64,000 nt of DNA from NCBI GenBank assembly GCA_047967505.1, contig CM106538.1. One strand, given 5' to 3'. How positions within the stretch are numbered: the first letter of the stretch is position 1; every line of letters begins with the position of its first letter. A model generated the notes under the pieces. It ran no database searches and was not told the DNA's origin. It saw only the letters and a list, made by a program, of their open reading frames with translations. This DNA comes from Dipteris shenzhenensis. Its lineage: Eukaryota. Positions 39,801 to 52,426 of the stretch are shown piece after piece. A program made the translations under genes and the position numbers.

Positions 39801-40763
39801 ACCTGCAAAATTGCAACCCAAATGCAAAAGCCTCAATTTCTTGCGGGACATTGCATACAAAAGAGGGCAAATGATTTGAAAGCCCCAAATATTGCACAAA
39901 TTGCACTCTCCCTGCAAAAGCCCAAATTTTACTGCCGGATTGCAGTGCAATTGCAAAAGCCCCAAAATTCACCAAAACTTACAGATATATTGCAATGTCT
40001 GCTAAAGCTTCAAATGTGCTCCCAAAAGCGAAGCCAAACAATGGCTGATGCGCAATTGAGCCTACAAATGAATCCTGCCAACACATGACGGACACTGGAC
40101 ACCTTCAGCCTGCAAAAATATCTGCAAGTACAAAACTATACTGAATCCGTACAATGTACAATCTGTACGAACGACGAAATGCGAAACGGTACGGGCGGTA
40201 CAACGAAATCTAACTGTTGACGAAAAGCAAAACGGTACAGCTTGTACGGACGAAGTGACGTGCAAGTGCGAAAATCCATACAGTCGTGTGGACTGTACTA
40301 ACAGAGTGCGCAGGTGTACAGGCGACGACGAATGCGGTACGAAATTTGTACAGTTGTGCAGGCTATATGGACTGTACGGATGGGATGGAGCTGTATGGAC
40401 GTCCGGGAACTGAAGCTTGGCGGTGGAGCAGAAATGCGGGAGCTGGAAGCAAGAGGCTGGGAGCAGGGAGCAAGTCCGAGAAGGAAGTCCTCTGATACCA
40501 AATGTGAGAAAAAGCAAGAGAGCAAGAGTGAGCAAGATGGAGAGTGAGCTGAACGTAGTTCACTCCCAAGATGTACTAAACTGAAGTGTAAGTGCAAGGA
40601 AAGAGATAAGGGTTTTGTTCAAGTGACAAAACCTTATCTAATCACTAACCGTAGTTAGAGATTAGACCGTGGTTAGGGGGGGAAACCTCTAAGAGGGAAA
40701 AGTGCCCTAACTCACTTATTACATTACATTGGCCACTGCCTAAATATATTAATAATTCTAACA
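32770..40763 (-). mobile_element. Ty1/copia LTR retrotransposon with both LTRs and TSD; gag-PR-INT and RNase H present, RT absent
   Basis: LTRs at 32770-33019 and 40503-40763, TSD GAGCC, PBS TGGTATCAGAG at 40490-40500, PPT AGGGGGT at 33020-33026. gag (NYSLWSFMVRNIL; CYYCKKPSHYIGE), protease WYFDSGASKH, LWHVKYGH, integrase LIHSDVCGP..DRGGEY..TPQQNG, RNase H AYSDSDWAGD..SSCEAEY..TDSQSA..HARTKHI. Several frameshifts and stops. Confidence 0.96.
33907..36033 (-). mobile_element. ORF1-only (HAL1-like) LINE derivative with 3' UTR and A tail, inserted in a (CA)n-type microsatellite inside the copia
   Basis: Plant L1 ORF1 motifs FIFLGKGFYY (DUF4283-like), CPMWITLKSLPVHL and ACYKYRKVGHFAHQC (zinc knuckle). 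Stop at 34131, then about 200 nt, AATAAA (33923-33928) and A7. No ORF2. Confidence 0.75.
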
Positions 40764-40974
40764 GAGCCTTCAAAAAGAAGACGAAAATGCCCAGCAATTA
40801 CCAAAATAATTCATATGGAGCATATTTGTCCAAGTAAATCTCCCTGGGAGCACCAATCATTTTGATGGGGGAAACTAATAGTACCATGCATATGTGCATG
40901 GACTGTAAGGGTCTGAATAAAGTGACCATCAGATCATTTGCATGACACCACATACTTCACCAAGCTCACCTATT

Positions 40975-41141
40975 TACGAGGAAAGAGGATGTCCCTAAGA
41001 CAGGGTTTCTTACGAGATACGGGCATTATGAGTTCCTAGTTCTACCATTTGGACTCACAAAAGCACCTGCTACTTTTCACCAGATGATGAATGTTATATT
41101 TCGTCCATGCCTAGGAAAGGTTATCATTGTGTTTCTAGATG
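40975..41141 (+). mobile_element. Ty3/gypsy reverse transcriptase fragment
   Basis: [52 protein letters not shown], truncated at the catalytic motif. Confidence 0.9.
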
Positions 41142-41660
41142 TAGAAAAGGGGATAGGGGCCAATTAGAGAAAGGGGATAGAAGAGCAGAAGGGAGAGAGA
41201 AGGGAGAGGAGGAAGAAGGGGGAGGGGAGAGAGAGAGAGACCAACTGGATCTACTGACCTCTAGAGGCCAAGATTTCTCTAGTGCCCTTCAAATATTTCT
41301 TAGTATTCTCCAATTGATTCCCTTGCCTCGTGGCAAGTACACTATGGATGTCTTGCAGCCACGAAGATGAGGGCAGATTGGTAAAATCAGTATAAACTTG
41401 TTAAAGTTTAGCTGTAAACAATTCCCTCCATATCCCATTATCATAATTTGTTGGCTGCCTGCTGGCATCTTCTCTCTTGTTTTGGGCCTTCTCTCTATCT
41501 CTAACTTCTCCCCCTTACTCTTTTTTCTTTCACATCACGAAACACGAGAAGTTAGCATGGAGTCGACAGTTCCAAATGCTGAACTTTCTGAACCATTTCT
41601 TGAAGGATCGCTACAGTAAGATCGGTGTAGCATATGCTAAGCGTGGGCTTCTACCAAGAT

Positions 41661-41919
41661 GCTCTGATACCATGATGAAGAGCAGTGATCCACACCACGG
41701 AAAGTGAGTGGGAGACAGTGGAGAGTACAAATGCTGTTTCATTAACAAAGAGATTGATTGTATTTGTATATAACCCTAAATAACACTTCCAATATCACAC
41801 TCTTGCATGTGGAATAGGATTTCTCCATATTATCTGCACACATGGCACAAAATCACTTATGTATTATGTTTATGTGAATAGGCACGTATAATTATTATGT
41901 TCATATTGCAACATCAACA
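41661..41919 (-). mobile_element. 5' LTR (41673-41919) with perfect tRNA-iMet PBS; truncated element
   Basis: gctctgatacca at 41661-41672 (TGGTATCAGAGC on minus) directly abuts a TG...CA-bounded 247-bp segment. No partner LTR found. Confidence 0.7.
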
Positions 41920-42214
41920 GGAACGTGGTGCAGAATTTAGGGGCATTTGGCCTCAAATGATGCTTACGGTGTAAGACCCAGTCAAATCCAAACATAAACC
42001 AGATTTTGAGGCATGCTTCTCTCATCCGACATCATGTTGTAAAAGCCATTTGACTTTCAAACAAACCAGAGTCAGGCATGGACATCAGCATGAGTACAGG
42101 TAACCATCAATTTCATCAAAGGCTAGCCATTTTGATGACCTTCAATCTATCTGCCCGTCTACCAGTGAGTTCTAAGCAAGTTTGAAAAAAAAAATTTGGC
42201 ACCAAAGGACATAC

Positions 42215-42337
42215 ATAAGGCACTCCAACATCTTTGGTGCAGCTCCTTTGTCTACTCGGTAATCCCCATTAACTAGATAATCAGGCTCCTTAATCACTGG
42301 AAAGACACCCCCTCCTATCCGCACCATCCACAGAAAT
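42215..42337 (-). CDS. STT3B: STT3B exon 4
   Basis: Not in the ORF track. Read manually as (K)[40 protein letters not shown](M) with CAG/GT borders in the correct phase. Confidence 0.95.
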
Positions 42338-42569
42338 CTGTCACATCCACATAAAAGTTACACTTTGTCAAATCTGACTCACTCAGCTTGTATGTACATC
42401 ATAACAGAGAAATTTTCATATATATATTGCTTGCGTGCGTGCGTGCATGCGTGCGTGTAATTCAGGAACATGCCCAGACTCATCCTCTCAAAGCACAACA
42501 AATAGTGAAGATTCAATCTCCTGACAGTCACAAGCTTAAACTCCAAAAAACGTAGTTCCAGAAGCATAC

Positions 42570-43024
42570 TTATTGATGTCATCCGAAGAATAGCCAGTTA
42601 CTCCTCCAAAAACTACAAGAACATAGTCTACATCCAAATCTTTCATGATTTCATAGGCTTCATCCTCATATGATGACATAGCCCGGCCAACCGTGGCAAT
42701 GTGTGTATTATTCCAGGTGTTATTGTCCACAATCACAGTTCTATTGCCCATGGCAGTAATTTGATATCCATAGTCCCACCACGACATCACTTTAGCATCC
42801 TCAGGCGTATTATGACGAAGCCAATAGTATGCCTCTCGAAAGTCATCAAAAATCACTTTTTCACCATTTGATTGCCTTGCCGCCAGTACAATCGATGGAG
42901 AAGAGTATGCCTCTGAGGTCACCCAGGTGCAATGAATAACGTAGTTCATTAATAAGTAGAACACGCCCACCATCAAAATAGCCGCACCTTTCTTTTGCAT
43001 AGGTAACGACTGATCTGAAACCCC
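42570..43024 (-). CDS. STT3B: STT3B exon 3 (WWDYG motif)
   Basis: GACAG acceptor; [49 protein letters not shown](K); GTATGC donor. Confidence 0.95.
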
Positions 43025-43317
43025 CTGTCATATTCAAACAGAATTTGTATTCATCTCTGTTTAGCGCATTAAAATTACAGTAATAATGATTGTGGCATAA
43101 TTCATATTCTCCTAAAGTGCAAGATGCCAGCTGGAACACATATAGTGTATCAAAATTCAGATGGTGAAGACCTTTGCTACGGCCAGCCACAGTCACAAGA
43201 CCGCATCAAGTAATGAATCTATCAAAAGAGTCAGTCAAAACAACCCAAAGAGCAAGAATACAATAGATACACCACCCTGGGCCCCAAAAAAAAAAAGAAA
43301 AAGATTGCAGTCTTCAC

Positions 43318-43848
43318 CTTCGCGGATCCCTTAGCAGTACCAGATGACTTTGCAGTGCCTGTACTTGGAGCTTTAGAATGAATCAATCCAGACAAGCTTT
43401 TCAGCGTTGCTGAAACTGCGACTGCACTGGTAAGGCAAACTGCAGGAGTGGCCACCAGGATAAGCCGAACCATCACTCCAGCAAAATATAAGCTAGTAAG
43501 TCCATACATAATGACAAATATGGTTGCATCTGTCAATCTCTTGAAGCAGAAATAAAGACCAGCTGGAAATAATATAAGGAGAATGTGAAAGTCGAACATG
43601 AAAGAAGACCATGCAGTTGGCTGATGTTCAGACACAGATGCAATGATTGGAATGTGATCCTTGGCATAAGTAGGATCCAAGAGTGAATAAAACCGGCCAG
43701 TCCAAGGTGAAATATATCCTGTCATCATACCCAGAACAAGAGCCAATACTCCAGTTCCCGTTGCTGCCAATACACTCACTTTCAAAAAAGCTTGAAAGAG
43801 CTTGGGGTCATCTAGCTGATTCTTCACCCAGTCTACCAAATAGAAGAC
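43318..43848 (-). CDS. STT3B: STT3B exon 2
   Basis: TGTAG acceptor; VFYLVDWVK..PWTGRFYSLLDPTYAKDHIPIIASVSEHQPT..GSAK; GTGAAG donor. Confidence 0.95.
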
Positions 43849-44816
43849 CTACACAGTTGATGAAGAAATTATTCAGAAAACTATAGATAGCCTAAGCATT
43901 CAAATTTTTAAAAATGCATCCGTCAGAAAAAGTCTCCATGATGTGGTAATTAACCCAGTTGCCATAAATACTCAACACTCATTTACGAAACAATTCAGGA
44001 AGCCCCACACAGCTGTTCACTCAGCAAACTATTCTTCGCTGCTTGTTTGCCCTTATTTTGGGCAATTTTGTTGAATACAGCAACCAGAGCAACTATGCAT
44101 GAACTCGCATGAAACATGGAAGCCCACTCAGCAATGCATGGAGACAACATTTCTGCAGTACTGCACGATACCATACACTCTGATTTAGCTTTCCTTTGAC
44201 AATCAGTAAGGTTTCATAGTCTTGCAGTTTTGCCTCAAATACATTACTAGCTTATATCAATGATTCTAATTTCCTGCAGTCCCTTCCAATTTCCCCTCTC
44301 ATTTAACAATCAGCACGTATGCAGCTTTGACCAAAAAATGCTCTGTTACCTTATATCAGTAACTCAAAATACAATATAGAAGTATCCAGAACTCATTGGA
44401 ATGACCAACAACTTAGAAATCCATATCAGAATATTCGTAAATACACATTCATGAGCGCCAATAGAGAAACCCCAAAAAAGCATGTGCAATAAAAATTTGT
44501 AGCTCCTAAATTGCTTTAAAAGATTGTTACAGAAGAACTTATAACAAGCCTAAGGGAAACTAAAGATGCTGCTCAAATTGGCCAATGAATCAAGTGCTTT
44601 GATATACGAATAAAAGCCAAGAACATTATCCTGATATGTTTAATCAAACTTGAAAACCAGTTTGACCCCATATACAGAATTAAGGTAATTAAAAAGAACA
44701 GAGGCCAGTGTGTTGTAAGCTGGATGTCCTTCTCTTATACTGTGAAACTTAGCATTCCCGAGAAAACAAGCCGCAAAGAATGAAGAGTGCATATCAGTTT
44801 TCGCTCAAAGTCTTAC

Positions 44817-45734
44817 CTGCATCAAGAAGAAAACGCCCATGGCTGCCATATGCTCTCCAGACTGAACGTGCTGGAAACCCACAAAACGGATCTGCATTGC
44901 GAGCAGCATTCCCAGGATGTACGTGGTAGTGTATGCTACATAAAGGCGCAATGAGTACCTTCCAGTTACCAGCAGCACAAGAACGTACAATGGGAGAAGA
45001 TTAATTATAAAGATGTAACCCCCCCAAGCAGAGACCATGTAGAAATAAGCAAAAGCCGATGCTACAGACCACGCCAGGGAACCTGTGTTCACTGCCTTGA
45101 CAAAAAGATAGAACGTGAGAAGCAGGGCAAAAATAGCCACTCCTTCATTGTCATAAGAACCTGCGACAGATCTTGAGATATATCCAGGGCAAATAGCAAT
45201 CAATGCGGCTGCAATTAAACCAGCTCCTGAATCCCAGATTTCCTTTCCAAAAAAGTATGCGACAACAGTCGTATTGGAGGCAAAAAATGGAGCGGTCATC
45301 ACGCAAACGTCTCGAATATGGACTGCAAAACTTAGCAGCCTTAAGGTCCAGTACATCAATGCAGCCGTCACCATGAGGCCAGGATAGAGGGTGCCACCAA
45401 TAATACGGCCCAAAGGATACCAACTTTCGTGATCGAACCAGTTCCAAAACTCATAAAAACCCTTCTGGGTAAGGTAAAGAGTGGTGCGGTAATTGAAGTA
45501 AGGATCAAACTCATGTATCATACTCTCATAGCGCAGCACACTAAATAACCTCGTGACGAAAGCGAGAACATAGATGAGCATCAACGAGCCAATCCGCAGT
45601 AATAACTCCTGCTGCTTCGTTTTAAGCCTGAAACTCTTCAGTGAGATCTGTAATGATTCCTGCACTGAATGCAATGGAGTCATTACCGATGAAACGAAGC
45701 CCTTGTCCCCGGGCAAGCCTGCTTTGGCCCCCAT
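44817..45734 (-). CDS. STT3B: Oligosaccharyltransferase catalytic subunit STT3B, exon 1
   Basis: ATG at 45734 (MGAKAG...). [58 protein letters not shown] matches plant STT3B as I recall it. GTAAGA donor. Confidence 0.96.
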
Positions 45735-46128
45735 AATCTTTGGTAGCAAAGCGCACTAGAAGTGGCAAAAGGTCTGGGCCAATTCAGACACAAGGGTGGT
45801 GGTGTTGTGCGAGCTGCTGGCCGCCACAAAACTGGATAATTGACAAGGTTTTCCGTGATTCTACCGCTCGATCTGCCACCTTAAACGGAAAACCGAGCAA
45901 GTTTCAACTCCTCTGCACGAAACAGCCCAATTCGTACTCTTGGAAGGAAAGCGGCAGCTTTGATCGGATTCCGCTGCAAAATGAGGAGCAAGGTTAGGTG
46001 TTTGATCACGGTCCATTTTACTCAAAAGTGAATAGTAATGATCGTACATCGATCTCGTGTAATTTGAGCGTCTTGCAGATGAAGGAAAAACATTTGGGGT
46101 AGAAACGGCGCGCGCCCCCGCCCCCCCT

Positions 46129-46133
46129 CCTCT

Positions 46134-46166
<33 letters not shown>

Positions 46167-46178
46167 TCGCTCGCTCGC
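46129..46178. promoter_or_regulatory. (CT)n/(GA)n plus (CG)n tract in the STT3B 5' region; candidate GAGA (BBR/BPC) element
   Basis: About 13 CT units followed by cgcgcgcgcgc, roughly 400 nt upstream of the STT3B ATG. Function is inferred. Confidence 0.45.
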
Positions 46179-46924
46179 CGTCTCACAGACAAACATACAC
46201 AAATTCATCGGTGGCATTCCTAAAAGGGAGCTCTACTCCGACGATTTGCAACAGCAGCGAAAGCGAGCATTTCGGAAAAAGGGGGAGAGAAGGGCAAGAT
46301 CTGGCGATGGCGAGGAGAAAGCAGAGGGTAGATGGGGAGTGGAGAGGCAAACCAAATTTCTGTTTTGGTTGCTGTTTCGTCGTCGTCGGTCGTCTTCTTT
46401 TCGTGTTCAGTTTGGGAGTCCTTATTAGAGAGTAGTAGTAGATTCTTTGAAAATAAAACCTTCTCTTCTCTTCTCTTTCTCTTCAATTCCCTTAAAACCC
46501 TTACCTCCTTCAGTTTGCGTCTCTCTAGAGCCCAATGTCCTTGTCTCCTTAGGGTGCTTATCCTCACTTTCTCTCTCATCATTTCTTTCACTTTCTCATT
46601 TCCTTCTTTCATCCTATCGCTTCTCTCTCCCACAAATTACACATATTAACTCATTGTTATTTCGTAGCTTCTCTTGTTGCCGACCCTGAATCTATAAACG
46701 AATAGCGATATCGAGAAATGTAAAGCAAGTCCATTCAACACATGTGCAAACAAGGGAGGATGCGTAATGAAATATTAGTTTATCGCTTACTCATGGGGCT
46801 GGCTTTATTTTGCCACGTATATGATGGTGGGCATTTTAAACTAATTTGTGAAACTGTAAGTTATCATTTAGCTTGGATTGCCTTTTGAAATGTGTGTGTG
46901 CACGCACATGAGTGCATGTTTGTG

Positions 46925-47155
46925 GATGAGGGGCCAGAGGACCTGCTGTGTCTGTGCAGATAAGAAATGTTTTGTGCCAGCTATATTTCGAACCGGAGGC
47001 TATGCAGAAGGACTCAACTTCACTCAGCAGTGTGGCAACGCTTTCATTGTCTTCTTGGGAGAATGCTAGAGTGTCGTCTGTGAACATCTGCACATTGAGT
47101 TGATCACCCGACGGTAGGCGGATGCCTTGAATTGAGCCATTTACTAGCATTGCCT
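46925..47155 (-). mobile_element. L1-like RT fragment
   Basis: IQGIRLPSGDQLNVQMFTDDTL..SFCIASGSKYSWHKT (FADD-region variant). Confidence 0.8.
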
Positions 47156-47778
47156 AATCAAAGGGCAGTGTTGAAGTGGAGACTTGGATATTTTTTGTTG
47201 TTTTCCATGTATTATTCTTTTTGGGTAAATTTCTTTTTAAGATCCAGCATCACTTATTGTGAAATATAGTGGCAAATGAAGCCATATGATTAAATAATCC
47301 TAATATATATTTCACTAGTACTTATAAAGTGCCATTCAATCAATGATCTTATATGAAAATATGCAACAAATGAAGCCCAAGATACAGTCAAAATACCAAG
47401 CAAATATAATGACAAATGAAGCTACGTGATGAACTAATGCTAACAAATATTTCACTAGTACTCATATAACAAGCAAGTATTATATTGCAGTGAGAAGCAC
47501 ACATTTATTCCATTACTATGCATCTAATAGAATATTAAGACCTGAATGCAAAATATATGTTCGTGCAATAGCTAAGTGGTGAAGTATTTGTAGACAAAGT
47601 GCCATTCTGGCAATGATCATAATGAAAACAGTCAATTCACATGAAGCACAAGTTGCCCAACAAAGCACATAGAAAAAAGTTGAAAGCTCACAAGCAATGC
47701 AAATAAGGGGACATTGGCTGTTAGAAGCATTGCCTTTTCCCTTGTGATATCACTAGAGGCAATCAAACTCAAAGATAG

Positions 47779-48470
47779 TTTTTTTTTCCCACAAACGTGT
47801 CAAATATATTACCACAAAAAAAGGGGTGAAACAAAAGGGTTGGTCAGACCCACAAGGACCAAACAAAAATTAGCCGATAGATGGGTGACCGCCCTTTGCT
47901 TGCGCTATGAAGCTAGGACACAACCATCGACACATTGACAGGCAGTGACTCACTATTGGATCCCTGTCTTCTAGGAGGGTTCTTAGGTCAACCAAATTCC
48001 TCTTTGTAGCGCACAAGACACTTGAAGCCACGTCAAAGCTTTGATGAGTGTCCTGGAAGCACACCTGATTTCGGGTTTCCTACACAGCTAAAATGGTTGC
48101 TACCCTTATGAAGGGCTAGGCCACCACCACCGTAGAGGGCATCGCGAGATGGTTTCACCCAAAAGGGCCAACTTCCAATTCCGCAGTACCTTGAAGCTAC
48201 TCATGAACCCGACATTTTTTCCAGCATGCTCCACTTTCCGCCACAAGGTCCGCGCTATCACGTAGCTCCACATAAGGTGTCTGTCTATTTCCACCGACAC
48301 ACCACAGAGGGGGCAAAGGGGGGAGATGGATATAAATTTAACCAACCGCCCTCTCACGGGCAACCACAATAGCAGTACCTTCCACAACAAAAAGCCAGCC
48401 TTGCCCTAGAGACCCCCCTTCCAGATTTCATGCCGGTGCTTGCTCCACAATCAAGTACTCGCTCTCACTA
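47779..48470 (-). mobile_element. 3' end of an L1-like LINE (zf-RVT) with A tail
   Basis: LWKVLLLWLPV..CPLCGVSVEIDRHLMW..ARTLW; T-run at 47779-47787. Confidence 0.8.
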
Positions 48471-51109
48471 GGTGAATCTGACCTATATGAACTCAAAGAT
48501 AGTTAAAGGGATACAAAGTGTGTGCCAAAAAAGCAAGGGCATGCACTCCAAAAGAAAAGGTAAAGTATCAATTGGACTTGAGTATTTAAATGATTTTAGC
48601 AAAACCAAAACATTAAGATCTATAGAACTCGATACCTTAAGCATCACCTTATCAAAAACAAAATGTTTCCATAACACTATCTTAAAAGAAATGCCAATAA
48701 GAGAGGTTAATCTTGAAAACACTACAATGACCACACTATAACAAAGCAAAGGAGCCAATAACATAGCTACACACGTTCAATATACATTGAGAGTGATGCC
48801 CAATAATAGCACGCAGCCCATAGAAATACTTAAAGTAGACATAATGCACACACTGAAACAAGCAAGAGGACAAACAAAGGCAAGGCACACACCAAGAAAA
48901 AAAAGCAAAGAAGACACACGCAACAACAAACACACCACTTCACACACCTAGTAAAGGGAGACCCCATCCCAACATAGCACTAAATAGAAAAAGCCATAGA
49001 CAATGGTGCACAAACCAAAAATTAGGAACAAATGCAAACACCCACAATAGACCCAAAAGATGTACACCCACACTTGATGTGCACTCACACAATAGGATCA
49101 AATATACACACTTACAACAAACCCAACAAGCATATGCAAGCTATAGGGAGTATGTGCTTTCGTGCTCCCACTAGCACCACTAGCCCTTCCATGCAGTGTT
49201 AATGTGTTGGCAATACTCAATGTGCCTTGGAAGCCTTTGAGATAACTAATGCAACAATTTGTACTACAAAAAGGGCTAGGATCTCCTTTTGGAGCTATAA
49301 TATTGCATAGCCATTGTTGGTTAGGTTCCTTCATTCATCTATCTGGAGCTCTTCAAAAGCATTTTCTCTCTTCACTCAACATTGCTCCTATCTGAGAGTG
49401 CTATTACTAATGCATTGGCAAAATAAAAATAGCACCATCCCAACAAAAACACAAACCTTAATAATACAGTGAAAAGGCAACAAAACTTGTTAGGTATAGC
49501 CCACAATACATAGCGTGACGTATAAGTATGTCGACATACTATAGTGAGAAGACAAAGGTATGCCCCATGAAATAGAATGTGACATGTCAAGCAAACCAAT
49601 TTAAAAGCCATGAGGAAAACAATGGGATGCGATCTATCATAAAAGTAAAATTGAGGACTCGCATTGTGTTTGCTAATCCCAAACAAAGCATAGTGTTCTT
49701 CAAAGTAAGATTTTGTAGAGCTTCCCAAGGATCATTAATAAACATTATCATCTGACATTTTCACTAAGGAAATATCTAAGGTAGCACATACATTCATCAA
49801 ACGGGGTTCTTTTATTGGATAATTTACATATGTTTTCCCAAAATTATACTTGTAAAAGGGATTTTCAAATTGGACTTTTGAAATATAAGTTTAAAAGCTT
49901 AGAAAGGATTAGGGCAAAGGACCCAGGTAAAATATGGGTATGTATATTAGCCCATGTTGTCTATAAAGTTTACATAGTGGATTGCCCAACATTGTCAATA
50001 CCTAAGATTTGCTAAATCATGGCTCTAAGTTTAATGAGGGGGACCAAGACATGGTTGAGAGGGATTCGCATCAATTTTGCATCATGAATTGAATAAGGAG
50101 AGACTAAGTGTGATCTACTTAAGAAAAGAAAAGCCAAGGGTATCAATTGTCCTGCCCAAACCATCCTTTATATCTATTAAGCATGTACAACTAGCATTTA
50201 AATAGTGAATGGAGTGATAAGGTCCCACTAAAAGGCAATGATGGCAGAGAGACTCAACATCCATGGCAATGGTTGGCTAAAAAATTTCATCGAATGTTCA
50301 AGAAATTGGAAACACCTGTGTTCATAGGAAGTGAGCCAAGGCAAAATATCCACTCTTCTATAATATTTATAGTACACGGTATATCAAAGCCAATGAATAT
50401 TAAATTAACATATTTTTCTTGTCCAATGATAAATTTAATAGTCTTAATTGATGTGAGGGAGATACCAAATGGATTCTCATTACTATGAGTTAAATATTAA
50501 TAAACAAATTCAAGAAATCTATGATTATAAGAGCTACCTACATCCAAAAAATGGAATCCTCTAGTAGCCAAAGTAAAAAATGTAATACGATAAATATGAT
50601 GAAGTACAAACCAAATATAACAAATAAATATGACAAAGTATTTTAGGGGGGTAATGGACATAGCATATACACACAATCTATTTTGGGACCAGCCAAATGA
50701 GGTTATAATAAATATAATGAATATAACAAGTAAATATGATGAAGTATTTTAGGAAATTAATGGACATAGCCTATACTCACAAACTCATTTGGGGTCAACC
50801 AAAATTATTGACTAACTAACCTCAATTGATATTGCACAAGGATGAAAATCAATAAAGGATATAGATGAGTGGAAATGATCATGATTGGTGCATATGCATG
50901 CTTGTGGTCTCGGCCAATGATTGGACCTTTATATATAGTTATTATTGTCAATGGGTTGTACATATTTATTGAGAAGTATATTTTTGTCTAATTAATTGTC
51001 ATTGAAGAAAAGGTAAAAATAAAATTTATGATCTTTGTTGATGGCGCTTCCTAAACCAACATAGTTGATAAGAGATCTAGAACCTTGCATTCCTACTTTG
51101 TTATTTGTT

Positions 51110-51290
51110 CAAGGAATGATTACACGCATAGACGTTAGTGTGCTTGCTTGAGTGGTGTTATTGTTATGATATCTCTTAAGGTATGATAAACACATAGATG
51201 TTAGTGTTCTTGCTTGAGTGATGTCATTTCTCTTAAGGTATGATAAACACATAGATGTTAGTGTTCTTGCTTGAGTGATGTCATTTTGAT
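51110..51290. repeat. Tandem repeat of about 57 bp, three copies
   Basis: aaggtatgataaacacatagatgttagtgttcttgcttgagtgatgtcatt occurs twice exactly, plus one diverged copy. Confidence 0.9.
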
Positions 51291-52426
51291 GTGCTTTAAG
51301 TGATCCTATGTGCAAGTTTATATATTGTAATGTGCTTCGTGGTTAGTGGATGTTTTAATTACAATTGGTACAAATGCTAGTGGATTTATTTAAAGTACCA
51401 ATGGTAGAGTCATGAATTATTGTTAATGGTACAATTATACATGCATGTCCATTGGTTCTCTCTACAAAGTCCATAACAAGTCCCTAAACTCTATGCTACA
51501 ATAGTAAACATGTGTCCATTGCATATTTTTTTCCTTTAGACTAGTTTCTAGTTTGTCCATTAGATGTAGAGTAATAAATATTAAAAATTTAGCAACTACT
51601 CATTTTGGAAGTTTTTTTCATATGATACTGTAAGACATAGCATTAGTCGTTTAAATTGTTAATAATTTTTAGTTCACAATAAAGAAACATTAAAAGTAAA
51701 ACCAATTTTATTTTTTTATCACAACTTTGCTTATATAGATGTTCAAATGAATTTTATTTTGTTATCATGACTTTGGACATTCAAATGATTTTTTTTCCAA
51801 CGTAGACATAAATTTTAATTGATGGGTCTAGAGTAGAATCCAAAATTACATCAACAAGTGACTCCATTGAAATAAAAATATAAAGTCAGATCTTAATATC
51901 TTCTATTACATGTTTAGACCAAACCAATGCTAAGTTACTTGGTGCACTACATCACTACTAAGAAGGTTGAAAGGAATTGGATGTGTGAGTGCTAACAAAA
52001 TTAGGAGATGATGAATTTGAGTGCTTTGTTTCATGACGCTTGTAAGGTCCTAGATGCATGCTAATCTTGTGCATGACATGCATCCCATCTTATTTATGAG
52101 GAAAGAACTTCAAATAAAACCTCTATTGTTCTTTGACACTTTGAACCTATGCGTTTATGTTCCTCCTTCCCTTCTCATACATTTTTCAAACATCATGCCT
52201 ATAAATTAAAAAGGGCCTCCACTATATCGTAAAATAACTTTCGATTTTCTATATTCTCAAAGTCTTAAAGATTTTTCCTTCCCGTGCCCTTTGTATTTTT
52301 ATCAAAAAATAACTTTTATTATCTTAACTTGTTGCACCTAATAGCATGTTCTACTCATTATTGTCCAAACGAGACTTTTCACCCACTTTTTTAATCACAT
52401 AAAGAAAGCATGGAAAACTTTTATTC

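Noticed and set aside
45735-45749. ORF-track start of STT3B at 45749 (MLPKI...)
   Set aside because: That is a TTG start from the ORF caller. The first in-frame ATG is at 45734 and matches the MG.K start of plant STT3B.
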